From: Eledone cirrhosa | Lineage: Eukaryota | DNA: 64,000 bases | Direction of reading: 5' to 3' | NCBI GenBank assembly: GCA_964016885.1 | Contig: OZ024740.1 | Coordinates: 107,074,001 to 107,138,000 of the forward strand | In this document: piece by piece, positions 11,874 through 26,720 of the stretch | How positions within the stretch are numbered: the stretch's first letter is position 1 | Layout: the number at the start of each line of letters is the position of its first letter | Position numbers and translations under genes: made by a program | The notes under the pieces: model-generated | What the model saw: only the letters and a program-made list of their open reading frames with translations | Told to the model about the DNA's origin: nothing | The model's database searches: none

Positions 11874-12234
11874 TATTGATTAAAGATATTTTATTATTTA
11901 TCTAAAGATTCACTTCTTTAAAATCTTCAAATGTCAACACTTCCGGTTAGCGATCGCTTAAATAAACATTCATATATTTTGCAGTTTATATATAATATCG
12001 TTTTTTTTAATGTATCATGGATTAAATTTCTGCGTGTATATTGTCAATCTCAGTACATTACTGGTACTTTATTATATATAATATATATAATACGACATTC
12101 CTCTGTCTTTTTAGATAGATACATAGCTATAGCGTCGCACGCTTATAATATCTGTCTGTATGTCTGCCTGTCTGCATTCACTTCGCTTCTAACCAACTTT
12201 TAATTAATTATATAGAGATAATTATATATTCGTG

Positions 12235-12886
12235 TACATATTTTCAACAGTAATACTGTACTATATATTTTCAACAGTAATACTATACTATATATTTTCA
12301 ACAGTAATACTATACTATATATTTTCAACAGTTGTACTGTACTATATATTTTCAACAGTAATACTGTACTACATATTTTCAACAGTAATACTATACTATA
12401 TATTTTCAACAGTGATACTATACTATACTATATATTTTCAACTAATACTATATATTTCCAACAGTAATACTATACTATACTATATATTTTCCACAGTAAT
12501 ACTATACTATATATTTTTAACAGTAATACTGTACCATATATTTTCAATAGTAATACTATACTATATATTTTTAACAGTAATACTGTACTATACAATATAT
12601 TTTCAACAGTAATAGTGTACTATACAATATATTTTCAACAGTAATACTGTACTATACTATATATTTTCAACAGTAATACTGTACTATACTATATATTTTC
12701 AACAGTAATAGTGTACTATACAATATATTTTCAACAGTAATACTATACTATACTATATATTTCCAACAGTAATACCGTACTATATATTTTCAACAGTAAT
12801 ACTGTACTATATATTTTCAACAGTAATACTGTACTATATATTTTCAACAGTAATACTGTACTATATATTTTCAACAGTAATACTAT
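12235..12886. repeat. Minisatellite, 27-32 bp unit (tatatattttcaacagtaatactgtac)
   Basis: More than 20 tandem units visible. Confidence 0.95.
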
Positions 12887-13385
12887 ACAACACAGACGGC
12901 TTATCGTCTGTTTATCCAAGCGAAGCTAGGTACGTCAGCTATATATATATATCTGCATGCCATAGAACACGCCAATGGTAGCCGGGCGCCAGCCGGGCAG
13001 GCCAGCTAGTATATGTATATTTGAACCTGGTAGGCGGTTGAGAGCAAAAACCTGTAGACAGTGTCTACCTTGTTCGATCATTATACCAAAAGCTTACAAC
13101 GAAAGCAGACAGTATACTCGAGTTAGGAGTCACAGAAACATCCCACTGGATTTTACCACCAAGTTTCAGGAAGGTCCAGGTAAAAAATGTTTGTTAATCT
13201 GTTTAGCTTGCTCGTTTTTTTCGGCTGTTTGGCTTGTCAATTCACAGTCATTTTTATAATGTGTCTGGCCCTTATAACGTATGTTAATTGCTCTGGCTTC
13301 TTCCTAGTCCATTGAGTGCTTGCCAGAATATCTAGAAAATTGCGTTTCGTTTTGTTTTGGCCGCCGCCGAAATACGATCTCGCTG

Positions 13386-13476
<91 letters not shown>

Positions 13477-14086
13477 CCAAACCAAATGAAAAGATATATG
13501 TATATATAAAGAGAGAAAGAGCCATATATCGTACAAGAAACACAGTATATGTTCTATGGAAGAATATGTACACAGGTGGATCGTAAATGGAACCTTATAG
13601 CACTATTTCATTGGAAATTGTGGCTAAAATTCAATGTGTAATCGATCATCGAAAAATCAATCAATATAATCGATCATCAAAGACAAACTATCGATCATGA
13701 TTAGAACCATATGAGACTCAGGTACTCATCAGAGGTTTATTCTCACTATTCTAAGGGAAATATTGAATGAAGATGGTAAATAAATCAATATACCTGTGAA
13801 TATCTACAGCTAAGTCCAACTCGACCGTCGCGTTGAGGAGCACATGGTGAAAGCACATAGTGGCTGCTATTTGCAGTATAGCAATATAAGGTTGCACTTA
13901 CCAATGAAACGGTCGTAAATACCTGGATAAAATCCTTTTTTTTTTAATGCTTATCTGTGTTTTCTCTTTTATCCTTTACACTCCAAGATTGAACGGGATT
14001 CTTACAAACTTGTGGAGTTACCCCTAACCGTACCGTACGTTGAAACCGTCCATGAACTGGATTACAATAAGCAATTTTCTGCTTCC

Positions 14087-14156
<70 letters not shown>

Positions 14157-14270
14157 CATTTGGTTATTATGACTCGAGATAGAGTCTATTGGGCTTACTT
14201 ATTGAGAAACACAAAATTCTAAATATATTTAATATGTTTTGATTCATTATTTGTATATATAAATATACAT

Positions 14271-14303
<33 letters not shown>

Positions 14304-14353
14304 CGCACACACGCGCACACACGCACGCGCGCGCGCGCGCACACACACACACA

Positions 14354-14442
<89 letters not shown>

Positions 14443-14531
14443 AGGATCGATCGACTTTCGTCAAATCGGACCAAGGAAACATTGTTTTCATCGGTCTTTC
14501 CAGTTGCTAATATTATCTATCGGTCGCAACT

Positions 14532-14603
<72 letters not shown>

Positions 14604-14799
14604 ATCCCCACAAAACCACATTTAGTTCACCACACACATATACCTCAAGGGTACCAAAACTTCTGGCACGCCCTCATGAGACAAAATACAAAAGCTTCCC
14701 CACAGATAGTGACATACTCAAAACAAGAACCCATCGCTCTAAGTTCTGCCCGAACAGTGAAAAAGAACTTCAAATCCTAGGATGAATACGCCAATGAGG

Positions 14800-15075
14800 T
14801 AGGTGTCACGGTCGGGTTTTTTACCTTCTATATCTATATATGCACTAAGGATAAAGAACTCACAGCTATACGGGAGCCTCCCAAAAGTCAGCTCGAAAGT
14901 GATACAGAGGAGACTGAGGTTAGCTGAACATGCTCACCGACATTCAGTGGTCCTGTGTGAGTCCCTACACAGACACAATGGAAAAGGTGAGACAGAGGGT
15001 GACGCGGGACATAGTGGCGATGATGAAGGACAAAGACCGTTGGAGAGAACTCGTCCATAGGTCACGGGAATTTTA
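14800..15075 (+). mobile_element. RTE-like LINE 3' fragment
   Basis: QLYGSLPKVSSKVIQRRLRLAEHAHRH and MKDKDRWRELV are typical RTE C-terminal motifs. Confidence 0.65.
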
Positions 15076-15099
15076 CCCGCCCTATATATATATGTATGA

Positions 15100-15378
15100 T
15101 TCTAGCTGGATTTCTCCAGCTGGATGCCCTTCCTAACATCAACCTCATTTACAGTGAGTGATTGGTGCTTTTTTCCGTGGCGCCTACACGTCCACTTTAC
15201 AGTGGAATGATAGGGACCTCAGTCCCCATCATCTCATTTCTACAGCTGAGTAAACTGGAGCAATGTGAAATAAAGTGTCTTGCTCAAGGAAACAACACAT
15301 CACCCAGTCTGAGAATTGAACTCACAACCTTTCGATTGCAAGGCCAATGCTCTAGCCACTAAGCCATGTGCCTCCATT
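15100..15378 (-). mobile_element. tRNA-derived SINE, family B
   Basis: Head TGGCTTAGTGG...GAGTTCAATTC followed by ccttgagcaagacactttatttcac. Related copies at 36547-36765 (+), 14435-14535 and possibly 29620-29770. Confidence 0.75.
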
Positions 15379-15539
15379 ATATATATTAATAAAAGGAATT
15401 CCAACTTTGTCTGATTAACATATATATATATGTGTAAGAATATTTTTGAAACAGCGAGTTGGTTTGAAATTATTAGATATGTAAGCTATCGCCGTATTTT
15501 GACTAAAGAAATTAAAGAAATTATTTAGCCTGATAGCGA

Positions 15540-16045
15540 CTTGAAAACTCTGGTACAAACACTACACTTGCGACAATTATTGACACATAGTGCTGGGCCC
15601 ATGGTACCATGTGATGACAAGTGCAGAGAGATCTCCAGATATAAAGCAATGCCTGTGCCATGAAGCTTTTATAGTGAGCAAAGGCACTGCACAAAGCCAG
15701 TCCCATTCTCTTAACCAAGATGATATTTACCAAAAAGAAGAACAAGTCAACATCATTGGATACCATCAGGGTTGCAGGTGTTATATCAGAGTTGTCCTTC
15801 TCCTAGAATTCAGCCTTGACAAAGGCTAAGGGGTCATCTCTCCCGGTGATTTTGGATGGCCATTGACTCTTAAGAGCTCCTTTGCCCTTTGACAGGTTTT
15901 GTTTTTAGTCCTGCAGGATGTCCAAAGTCACCCTCCGCACCAAGAAACCTTGGTGGGGTTGCCAGTTTAGTCGCCAACAACCCGACCATGAGACAGGTTG
16001 TACTGGGATACATGTTACCAGTAGCACCAACTGGTGACCTGGCAT
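15540..16045 (-). repeat. Dispersed repeat, homologous to 19277-19780 (+); possibly a LINE 5' region or SINE
   Basis: Shared blocks gtgctactgg.aacatgta.cccagtacaacctgtctcatggtcggg...ggcaaccccaccaag and gcacaggcattgct. Confidence 0.7.
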
Positions 16046-16122
16046 AATATGCATATATATGCATATACATATATATATGCATATACATATACATGTATAT
16101 ACATATATGTATACACACACAC

Positions 16123-16250
<128 letters not shown>

Positions 16251-16329
16251 GTAAAAGGTAAACAGAAATAACACAATCGGTACAGTGTATGGATATATGA
16301 CGTTAATGCTTGATATAGGCTGAAGAGGG

Positions 16330-16370
16330 TCTTAAAGTACGTTTCGGACGCTAGTCCTTCATCAGAAGAA
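16330..16370 (-). ncRNA. Hammerhead-like motif (orphan PLE tail)
   Basis: CTGATGA-A-GGAC(tagc)GTCC-GAAA-CGTA with a palindromic ACGT stem III; stem I is weak. Confidence 0.5.
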
Positions 16371-16723
16371 AGAATGAGAAATAAGATAGATTGAGGGGAC
16401 AGGCGATTTGGAATTGCAAAAAACGTCTTTAGATAAAAATGACAGGTCCATTCATGTTGATGCAAAAGTGTTGATGCTGGCGTTTTGTGTATGATTTAAT
16501 TTTTAGAAAAGTGGATGATGGATTTGAATAGACTTTCCAAAATTAGGGGACACACACACAGACAATTTCAGTTTTATATATATGTATATATATATATATG
16601 TATATATATATATAAGTATATATATATAGATATATATACATATACATATACACACACATACACATATACATATATATATATATACACATACATATATATA
16701 TACATATACATATATATATATAC

Positions 16724-16818
<95 letters not shown>

Positions 16819-16903
16819 CATAATATGTATGTATATGTAAAAATATATATATGTATATGTATCTACCGATGCTGGCGTTGAAGATGGACGTTAAACGATG
16901 ATG

Positions 16904-16952
<49 letters not shown>

Positions 16953-17244
16953 ATATATGTAGATATATCTGTATACATATATATATATGTGCATGTATAC
17001 ATATATATGTATACACATATATGTATATATATGTATATACATATATATGTATATACATATAAACAATTAAGTTAAAGATGTACATCCATATATGTATACT
17101 GAAATACTAGTATGTATATGAATACACACACGTATACATATGTAGATGTACCAAGTTTTTTTTTCACTGGTCACTTTACTGTGAGTGGCCAGCTATTCTG
17201 TATGTAAACACACAGACAAACCGGTTTTTATATACATATAGAGA

Positions 17245-17470
17245 AGAAATTCCAAACATGGAAGAATGGCCTAGAATCAAAAGGCCTTAAAGTTAACTTG
17301 TCTAATATCAAAGTTCTAGTATGTAGAAAGGAAAATAGGGCACAGGCGCCCACAGGGAAATGGCTATGCTCAGCGTGTAGGCAAGGAGTAGGTAGAAATT
17401 CCATTTAATGTCCCAAATGCAAACTATGGGTACATAAAAGATGTAGTAGGATCACAGGTAAACTATCTAA
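17245..17470 (+). mobile_element. LINE (RTE-like) fragment with Cys cluster
   Basis: Translates to WKNGLESKGLKVN...CSACRQGVGRNSI*CPKCKLWVHKRCS. Confidence 0.65.
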
Positions 17471-17655
17471 GAACGTAGATCTTATATGTATATATATATA
17501 CATACATACACACACTTATATATACACACATACATATGCATACACACACAGACACACATATATATATATGTATACATATACATACACACACACATACATA
17601 TACATACACACACTTATATATAAACACATACATATACATACACATACACACACAC

Positions 17656-17727
<72 letters not shown>

Positions 17728-17733
<6 letters not shown>

Positions 17734-18549
17734 ATTTACATATACATAAAGTCACAGATATATATATGTGGCAACCGTTCACGTTGTGGCTCAATGAAGA
17801 ATTAATAAATTAAATAATCAGAGCAGTATATCATAAATCATGTCCCTAGAATTATTAGATAAAATATATACAATTTCCTCTCCCAATTAGCATAATTAAC
17901 CATACAAAAAATCAATTAGACCAGGCTATAAGAATAAAGGCTCCTATGAAGAAATATTTGATAAATAACCGAAAGCAGCCTCTTCGCGGTTGACCACAAT
18001 AGAGTATTTACCCAACATTTCAACAGCATGTAGAAACTGACCATACACAATTAGGTATAAATTTAAAGTTACAAGAAATGTGCACATACCGTAATTATAT
18101 CCCTACCATTGTTTCGTTCGTATTTTGAGATATCCTATTAAGGATAAATCTCGAGTATCGAACTCATCAGGAGACAAACTCAATAGGACAACTAATTTTC
18201 CAAAGCGATCGCGCCAGAAATAGATTCAAAAAATGGCTAAGAATCGTGACGTGGCAGTGGTCAAGTTAGAAAGAATGTGATTAGTTGTTTACGGAGAGTA
18301 GGCTGGTTACTAGAAAGCGCAGCCCAATATCGCCCAAATTGCATCTCAACCTACTGGGAGATTATTAAATATAAAGATTTACATATACATAAAGTCACAG
18401 ATATATATGTGGCAACCGTTCACGATGTGGCTCAATGAAGAATTAATAAATTAAATAATCAGAGGAAATTGTATATATTTTATCTAATAATTCTAAGGAC
18501 ATGATTTATGATATATTGCTCTGATTATTTAATTTATTAATTCTTCATT
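17728..18549. repeat. Dispersed repeat with direct and inverted self-duplications; second copy at 48985-49475
   Basis: 17730-17822 is repeated at 18374-18463. 18462-18549 is the inverse of 17793-17880. 17835-18150 matches 48990-49330. Confidence 0.8.
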
Positions 18550-18932
18550 TGTGTGTGTGTGAGAGAGAGATTGGTTTGTAGTATATGTGTCTACGTACTC
18601 CACCAAAAACAAAATCCTCACAAAAAAAGACAGGAATAGAAAACGACACCTTCCACCCAAACAATGTGTTTGACACCTTCCTCCCATCAGACACAAATAA
18701 CCTTCCACCTAGATCATGGTTTTGTCACCAACTATGTGTGTATCTACCAGGGTTAGATACACATGTTATAAATAAAGGCATGCTTATGGCATCAAGGGAA
18801 GAAGGACGCCATTTTAGTATAATTAAATGTATTTGCCATTCAAAAAAGAATTAAAATTTTTGCTGATTTTATATATAGGGAACACCATTATTTTAAGGGT
18901 TTAGGACTTAATCTGATCTTGACAACTACTCC

Positions 18933-18964
<32 letters not shown>

Positions 18965-19276
18965 TGTATGTATGTATGTATGTATGTATGTATGTATATA
19001 TGTATGTATGTATGCATATATGTATGTATGGATGTATGGATGTGTATATGTATGGAAGTATGGAAGTATATATGTATGTATGGATGAATGTATGGATGTA
19101 TGGCTGTATGTATGTATGTATGTATGTATGTATGTATGTATGTATGTATGTATGTATGTATGTTTGTATGCATGTATTTGTGTATGTATGTATATATGTA
19201 TATATGTATATATGTATATATGTATATATATATGTATAGCCCTATGCATGTATGTATGTATATATGTATGTATATT

Positions 19277-19780
19277 ATGTCAGGTCGCTCTCGAGTGCTA
19301 CTGGCAACATGTAACCCAGTACAACCTGTCTCATGGTCGGGTCGTCGGCGCCTAAACCGGCAACCCCACCAAGCTTGCTTGGTGAGGAGGGTGATATTTG
19401 GACACCCTGCGGGATGAAATACAAGAGCCGGCAAAGGGCGGAGGAACTCAACAGAGTCAACGGTCATCTAAATAGTACTTTTTTTAACCTGGGAGTGAAA
19501 GGCCCCAGTTGTTGTCACACCTTTCTGGGAGAGGGAAACTCTGAAAAAACCTGCGGCTTCAGAAGCATCCGATGATGTTGACCAGTTCTCCTTTTTCGAT
19601 GCTCAGAGAGTGGGATTGGTCGAGTGCAAGGTCTTTCCCCACTTAAAAAACATTCAAAGCACAGGCATTGCTTGTTCAGGATATGTTACAAGTTTGTGTG
19701 GCTGGCCGTAGTCTAAAAGTGCACCAAACTCTATAATCTGACAAGTGATTGCAGTACTCTTAGCGTTTGCAGCCATCATG
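19277..19780 (+). repeat. Dispersed repeat, homologous to 15540-16045
   Basis: Same shared blocks as 15540-16045; embedded in (TATG)n. Confidence 0.7.
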
Positions 19781-20327
19781 TATATGTATGTTTGCATGCA
19801 TGTATTTGTGTATGTATGTTTCTTTGCGTCTATGTATGTATTCATGTATCTATGTATGTATGTATGTTTGTATGCATGTATGTGTGTGTGTATGTATGTA
19901 TGTTTGTTTGCGTGTATGTATGAAGTCGTGGGGGCACCTGACAGTTCCCATCCCTCTCCACTGTAAAATTCTCATAATCTAGTTGTTGAACCTCCGTCCA
20001 TTATGTCGATGAATATTCCAGTTGTACGGGAAGTATTTTCTAATATATGTTGGAATGCTTGGAGGCATAAAATATTCTTAGGTTTCTTTTTCTATCAGGA
20101 ACTAGAAAAAAGATTTCTGCGACCTACAACAAAGAGTGTACATTCTTTTACTTCATCCCCGGATTACTGGGATTCAGTTATTGAACTGCAACAATGCTGG
20201 TGTAGTATTGCGTCGAAGGGATATGTTTGGTCAAGTCCTGTTCTTATTTCATCAATCTCATTTTGCCGAACCGCTAATTTATGATTTATGAGACATAAAA
20301 AAATAATAGATATGAAAACACAAACAC

Positions 20328-20385
<58 letters not shown>

Positions 20386-20883
20386 CGGAAAAAATGAAAC
20401 GAAATTTCAGTGAATCCATACGTACATATATATATGGGTGCATGTATGTATATATATATATATATATATATACATACTACTGTACGTCTGTATACATATA
20501 TGTATGTACGTATACATACTTATATTTAAGTAACAGCCGTACTAAGAGTGAGAAATGAAATTTCGTTTCATTTTTTCCGTTTATCGTTTTCGGTACCCCT
20601 GCCGATTAACTCACTCGATATGCAAATTAGGCTGCTCAGCCGTTAATATGCATAAGGAAAGTATATACTTTCAGACGTTCAACCATCTGGCAGGAAGGTA
20701 TACGTTGCTGACGATAGCTAATAAGCTTGAAACTAGTACAGCGTTCCTTTGTCAGTGTTGAACAAATGAGCAACGATGGTTGCTAGACACTGTACGGCTT
20801 AACTCGGGATGTTTGTTTACAAATACACCGAGCATTATAATAAATGTTCGGTGAATCCATACGTACATATATATGTGTGCATG

Positions 20884-20933
<50 letters not shown>

Positions 20934-20984
20934 CTACTGTACGTCTGTATACATATATGTATGTACGTATACATACTTATATAT

Positions 20985-22097
<1,113 letters not shown>

Positions 22098-22999
22098 AAC
22101 AAAATTCAATGAGTATATCAAAGAATGAGTTTTACAGTAGATTCGAATCACTCTACGGTAAAAATAATTTTCCGGAGTTATTAATATTAGAATAAAATAT
22201 TAATAAAGTATTAATAAAATAGAAGCTTAGAAATGTTAACACACTTATAAAATGTACAAAACTAATATATAAATAACCACCAATTTAAAAAAAAAAAACT
22301 AAAATATTGATTCTTCACCCTAAGATAACATAAATTAAATATTTTCAAACTTAACCGTTTAACTTTTGGGAAAAAATTTCCTGCATACATTACCCCCCCC
22401 CCCCCCGCCCCTTCTCTCACTGACTGTTATAATTCATGAAATGCTTTCCTAGATAAATTGTAGTATCATACATATCAAAATGTCGATAACTGGTACATTA
22501 AGCAACGTTTTTCTTACTCACACATTCTCTATTGAACTTATTACGTTTTCTAATTTTCTCATTATTAGAGTATAAATGTTAAATTTTCTCTTAGGTTAAT
22601 CACTACCTTGATTAAATCTTAACCATTTAACATCTCAGGGTATGTCATGTATCATTATATTTTGTCTGATGAGGACGTACTGTTGTACATCCGAAATATG
22701 TATAATAAAATGTAGTTGATCAAAAGAACATCTATTTTATTAATATTTTATTCTAATATATATATATATATATATATATCGTTTCTGAATTTGTTTAGCA
22801 AGATTCTTTATCTGAAATCGTGTGTTGAAACCGATATTGTTATACCTTGGGAGGGTCATGTTGCCAATAAGAAACACACGCACCAGTTGCTTTCACTTCA
22901 ATTTATTATATATTTATAAATTTATAAATTTACAAATCTACAAACCTATAAATTTCTGGTTGGTTGGTTGGTTCCACAACCAGATAGTTGTTTATATAT

Positions 23000-23044
23000 A
23001 GTCATAGTCCTTTCGTCACACACTCTGTGACCTCTTCAGTGACT
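23000..23044 (-). ncRNA. Minimal type I hammerhead ribozyme (PLE-associated)
   Basis: Reverse complement reads AGTCA-CTGAAGA-G-GTCACA(gagtg)TGTGAC-GAAA-GGACTA-TGACT. Confidence 0.75.
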
Positions 23045-23248
23045 GGGGATTCCTTTCTTTGTTTCTGTGCCTTTCCTTTCTTCTGTCCTACGCCATTTTG
23101 TTTCTGTGTGTGTGTTGTGTGCTCAGTTTGCGCATGCGCCACATCCGGGTGTCTGTGTGTGTTTGTGTTCATTTATCTATTTGTTTATTTATTTACATGT
23201 TGTTGGTTGGTTGTTTGTTCTATGTGTGTGTGTGTTTTCATTTTGTCC

Positions 23249-24860
23249 TTAATTGTAAGTCGTGATGTTGCTGTTCCACTCATATTTTCTATTTAATTTT
23301 GGTTGTAATTCTTTTATGCTTACTGCCTCTCTAATTTGCCTAAACATTGCATCTTTTCTGTGTGTAGATTCTATTTTTATTTCTATGTTCTCTAATTTAC
23401 CCTTGTGTTCTATCTTAGCATGTTGGTAGAGTACAGATGATTCTTTATTATCTTGAAGGTCTCGCCAGTGTTCATTTATCCGTTCCCCTATACTACGAGC
23501 TGTCTCACCTATGTACACTATATTTTTGTTTCTACATTGTCCTTCAGTACATCTTATGCTATACACTACATTTCTAGTTTTACAGTTAATATGGGGGCTT
23601 ATTTTACAGGTTATACATTTCTTATCTATACATGAGGATCTTTGGAACGGGTATGTCTTGCTAATAAGTGTTTTTACGGAGGTACCTGGTCTTTCTACTA
23701 TCTTAATATTGAGTTTATGTTTATTTAGGGCCCTTCTAAATTTGTAGGCTAGTTCGCCTCTAGGGGTTGTATTGATGAACATTACACTCTGGTATTTATT
23801 GCTATCATACCATGAGTTTATTCTATTGGCCTTGTTCCTAGTTCTTTCTATTCTATTCCAAAAGTTGCTCCTATACAAGGGGCAGGTCCCATTTATGTCA
23901 TTATTTACCATTTTTTCCCATTTGGTTCTGGCTCCTCTATACACTCTGATTCTATCTCTCTGATTGTAGCCAGAGAACTGCATACGGTGGATGAAGTGTT
24001 GTATGTGTCGCTCTAGTTCTTCGGGGTTGCACATGCGGGACACATTTCTCATCACCCGTACCAAATCCGCAATCAGTATGTTGATTTTGGTATGGTCCGA
24101 AATGGCCGAGTTTCGGTGGATCAGATGTTTGGAAGTCATGGGTTTGGCATAATGAGAATGGAGGATTTGTTTTTGGTTGTTAATGGTATCTAACCAGAGC
24201 TCTGTGTCTAGTACAGGTAATCGATGGTTGGGGTGTCTACTTGGGTAGTCTATAGTAACTCTAATGCTCTGGTGGATGGAGTTTGCTATTTGCTGGATGC
24301 TTTCCATTGTGTTTTTCTCTAGTTCCTGACTGTTCTCTAGTGGGGGTGTCTTAACTACGATGTTTATATCATCTACGTAGCGGGAGTACATTATTAGGGT
24401 TAAGCTGTCTTCTAATTGTTCTTTAAGTTTAAGTTTAAGTCTACTGTCCCACCATACCATGAATAAGTTAGCTATGTCGCCTGCAATGCTAACACCAATG
24501 GCTGCTCCTTCCTCTTGGGCATATGTTTTTCCATTAAATTTGAACATATGTTCCTTAAGGGTTAATTTTATGCTGGCCCCTACCGCATGTGCAATCATTT
24601 TCTTCAGTTCATCGTGGTTTTCGGGTGTCCACCCGTTCCATCTATCTGTGTGGGTTTTCTTGGCCATTGAGGTAATGGTAGGTGGTCTGCCTCTTGCTGG
24701 TCTTGTAGGGCACAGGTTGCTAAGGTCATAAGTGTCTAGGTAACTATTACTATGGGTAAGCTTAAGTAGAAGTCCCAGCTCACTGGTATCAATCCCACGG
24801 AACTCAACCTTGCTCTCGCTGATCATTTCTACGCATTTCTCCACAGCAAAATCCACGTCA
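23249..24860 (-). CDS. PLE reverse transcriptase (partial) + GIY-YIG endonuclease
   Basis: 541-aa ORF with YVDD and a GIY-YIG motif. The first few residues of the called ORF come from flanking DNA. Confidence 0.85.
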
Positions 24861-25139
24861 AGGTGCAATAACACAATGTAACTGAACCCGAAATCATGTA
24901 GTTGTGTAACGAACTCTTAAACTACACACACAGTTATAATGTTATACTTGCTTTTAAGCATACGCTATTATACGCTTTTTAGGGAGTCGTAGGGGCATCG
25001 TATTTACATACGGCTTTCTAGGACATTTTTTTTTTAACTTGGCAGAGCCCATCTCCTCTCCAGGTTTGAATACAATAGATTTCTTCCAGAGAATGATAAA
25101 GAGTGAGAGGAAATGAGAAAGAGATATAGAGGAAGAATA

Positions 25140-25292
25140 GATCCCAGTGCTTGACTAGTGCTTTTTATCGACCTCGAATGGATGAAAGGCAAAGTTGACC
25201 TCGGTGGGAGTTGAACTCAGAGAGTAGAGAGCCGGAACGAATACCATAAAGCATTCTATCTGACATTCTAACGACTCTGCCAATTCACCGCC
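25140..25292 (-). mobile_element. SINE family A
   Basis: ggatgaaaggcaaagttgacctcgg...ttgaactcag. Confidence 0.8.
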
Positions 25293-26344
25293 TACCTTTT
25301 ATTGAGTCGTCAAGCATGATATTTGTAGAAAGTTGTTTTTTTTTCTAGAAATTTCTAGAAATTTCATACTTGACGACCTAATATATATTAAGGTGCCAAT
25401 GTCTGTGAAGAAACAGTTATGTATCACTTAAGTAGTACCAATTAAATATGAGATTATAAACACATTCAATAACTACTATGTTTTTAGTTCAACAGCTGAG
25501 TCGTTTAAATTTCTTAGTTTTGCAGTTCGCTCGTTGAAAACATTATAGTCATACAATATTATAATACCAATAATTAAAACTACATTGTCATTTTGGATTA
25601 TGGAAAATAATGTCAGGCTTATTAAATGTTCTCTGGTGGTCTGTCACCATGCTAGTTTTTGTATAGCATTTTTGCTTTGTCATTTTATATTTTAATTATT
25701 TAGAGTGGACTAAAATATTGCTAACCATAATTACTGATAGATAAGTTGACTTTCTAGTGAACTGTCCCCTCATCTCTTATTTTCCACCATTTATATTGTA
25801 AAGAATTCTACAAACCATATAATGGTTTTTTAACTAATTCACCTCTCTTCAAGGTTGCCTTGGCACATTTTTCTAACCCAAATTTTATGTTGATTTCTTT
25901 TGTAAATAACGCAAAACATTTGTCCGACGCTCTGATGACTCTGCCAATCTACTGACCTCAGAAAAAAGCAGTAATATTACCAAGAGTATCGACAAAAAAA
26001 AAAACGGGAACATTGACAACAACGACAACAATATGAACAAAAGAGAATCTTTTATTAACTTGGCAGGTCCCGTGGAGGTAGTGGATATGAATCAGCTTCT
26101 AGGAAGGAAATGAAAACGTGGACGAAATATGTTGCAAGGGATAGTGTCTCTTTGTTCGAGGTTTTTGTTCGGGGAAAAGTGACATACTTCCGTTTTGTAA
26201 TCATTATAGAGAGCTTTCGTATGCCCTCAAAAGATGAGTGATGAATGCTAGTCGATATGGGACAAGATATATACTCCTTTGACCAGAGAAGAACATATAG
26301 AAATGCATATCTGGTGTTCAAATCTGAGAATAAGGCGAAATACT

Positions 26345-26720
26345 TTACTATATTTGTTCTGGCTCTTTACGTTCTAAGTTCAAATCCCGTCGAAGTCAAT
26401 TTTGCCTTTCATCCTTCCTGGGTCAATAAAATAAAGTACCAGTAACTTATCCCTCTCACTCAAAATTGCTTGCTTTGTGACTAAATTGGTTTCTAATTTA
26501 AGCACAAGGTCCACACATTTAGGGAAAGGACAAAGTTCATTAAATCGACTCCAGTACTTAACTGGTACTTTATTTTATCGGTTGGTTGAAAGACAAAGTT
26601 GATCTTGGCGGGACTTGAACTCAGAGTGTAAAGAGCCAGTATAAATACCACACTGGTATTTTATCCGACGCTCTACCAAATCTGTCAATCCACCGCGCTG
26701 GCCTTGTGACTAAGTTAAAA
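26345..26720. mobile_element. Two SINE family A copies, tail to tail
   Basis: A + copy at ~26345-26490 and a - copy at ~26490-26700. Confidence 0.75.

Larger units (their letters stand above)
11490..12945 (+). mobile_element. Non-autonomous Helitron-like element containing a SINE and a minisatellite
   Basis: 11885-12050 matches 33330-33535. A Helitron-type 3' end (ccaagcgaagctagg...cagcta) lies at 12916-12941. The left boundary is approximate. Confidence 0.5.
22778..24860 (-). mobile_element. Nematis/Neptune-like PLE, 5'-truncated, with open RT-GIY-YIG reading frame
   Basis: ORF 23249-24874 contains GAAIGVSIAG, YSRYVDD, LDTELW, HYAKPM, CIDKKCITC and VVYSIRC...YIGET. The 3' tail ends in (TA)n. 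Confidence 0.93.

Noticed and set aside
15955-16045. HDV-like ribozyme (CCAGT/ACTGG pairing and GGCGACTAA), also at 19300-19365
   Set aside because: Could not build P1 or a proper L3 loop, and the second copy disrupts the pairing.
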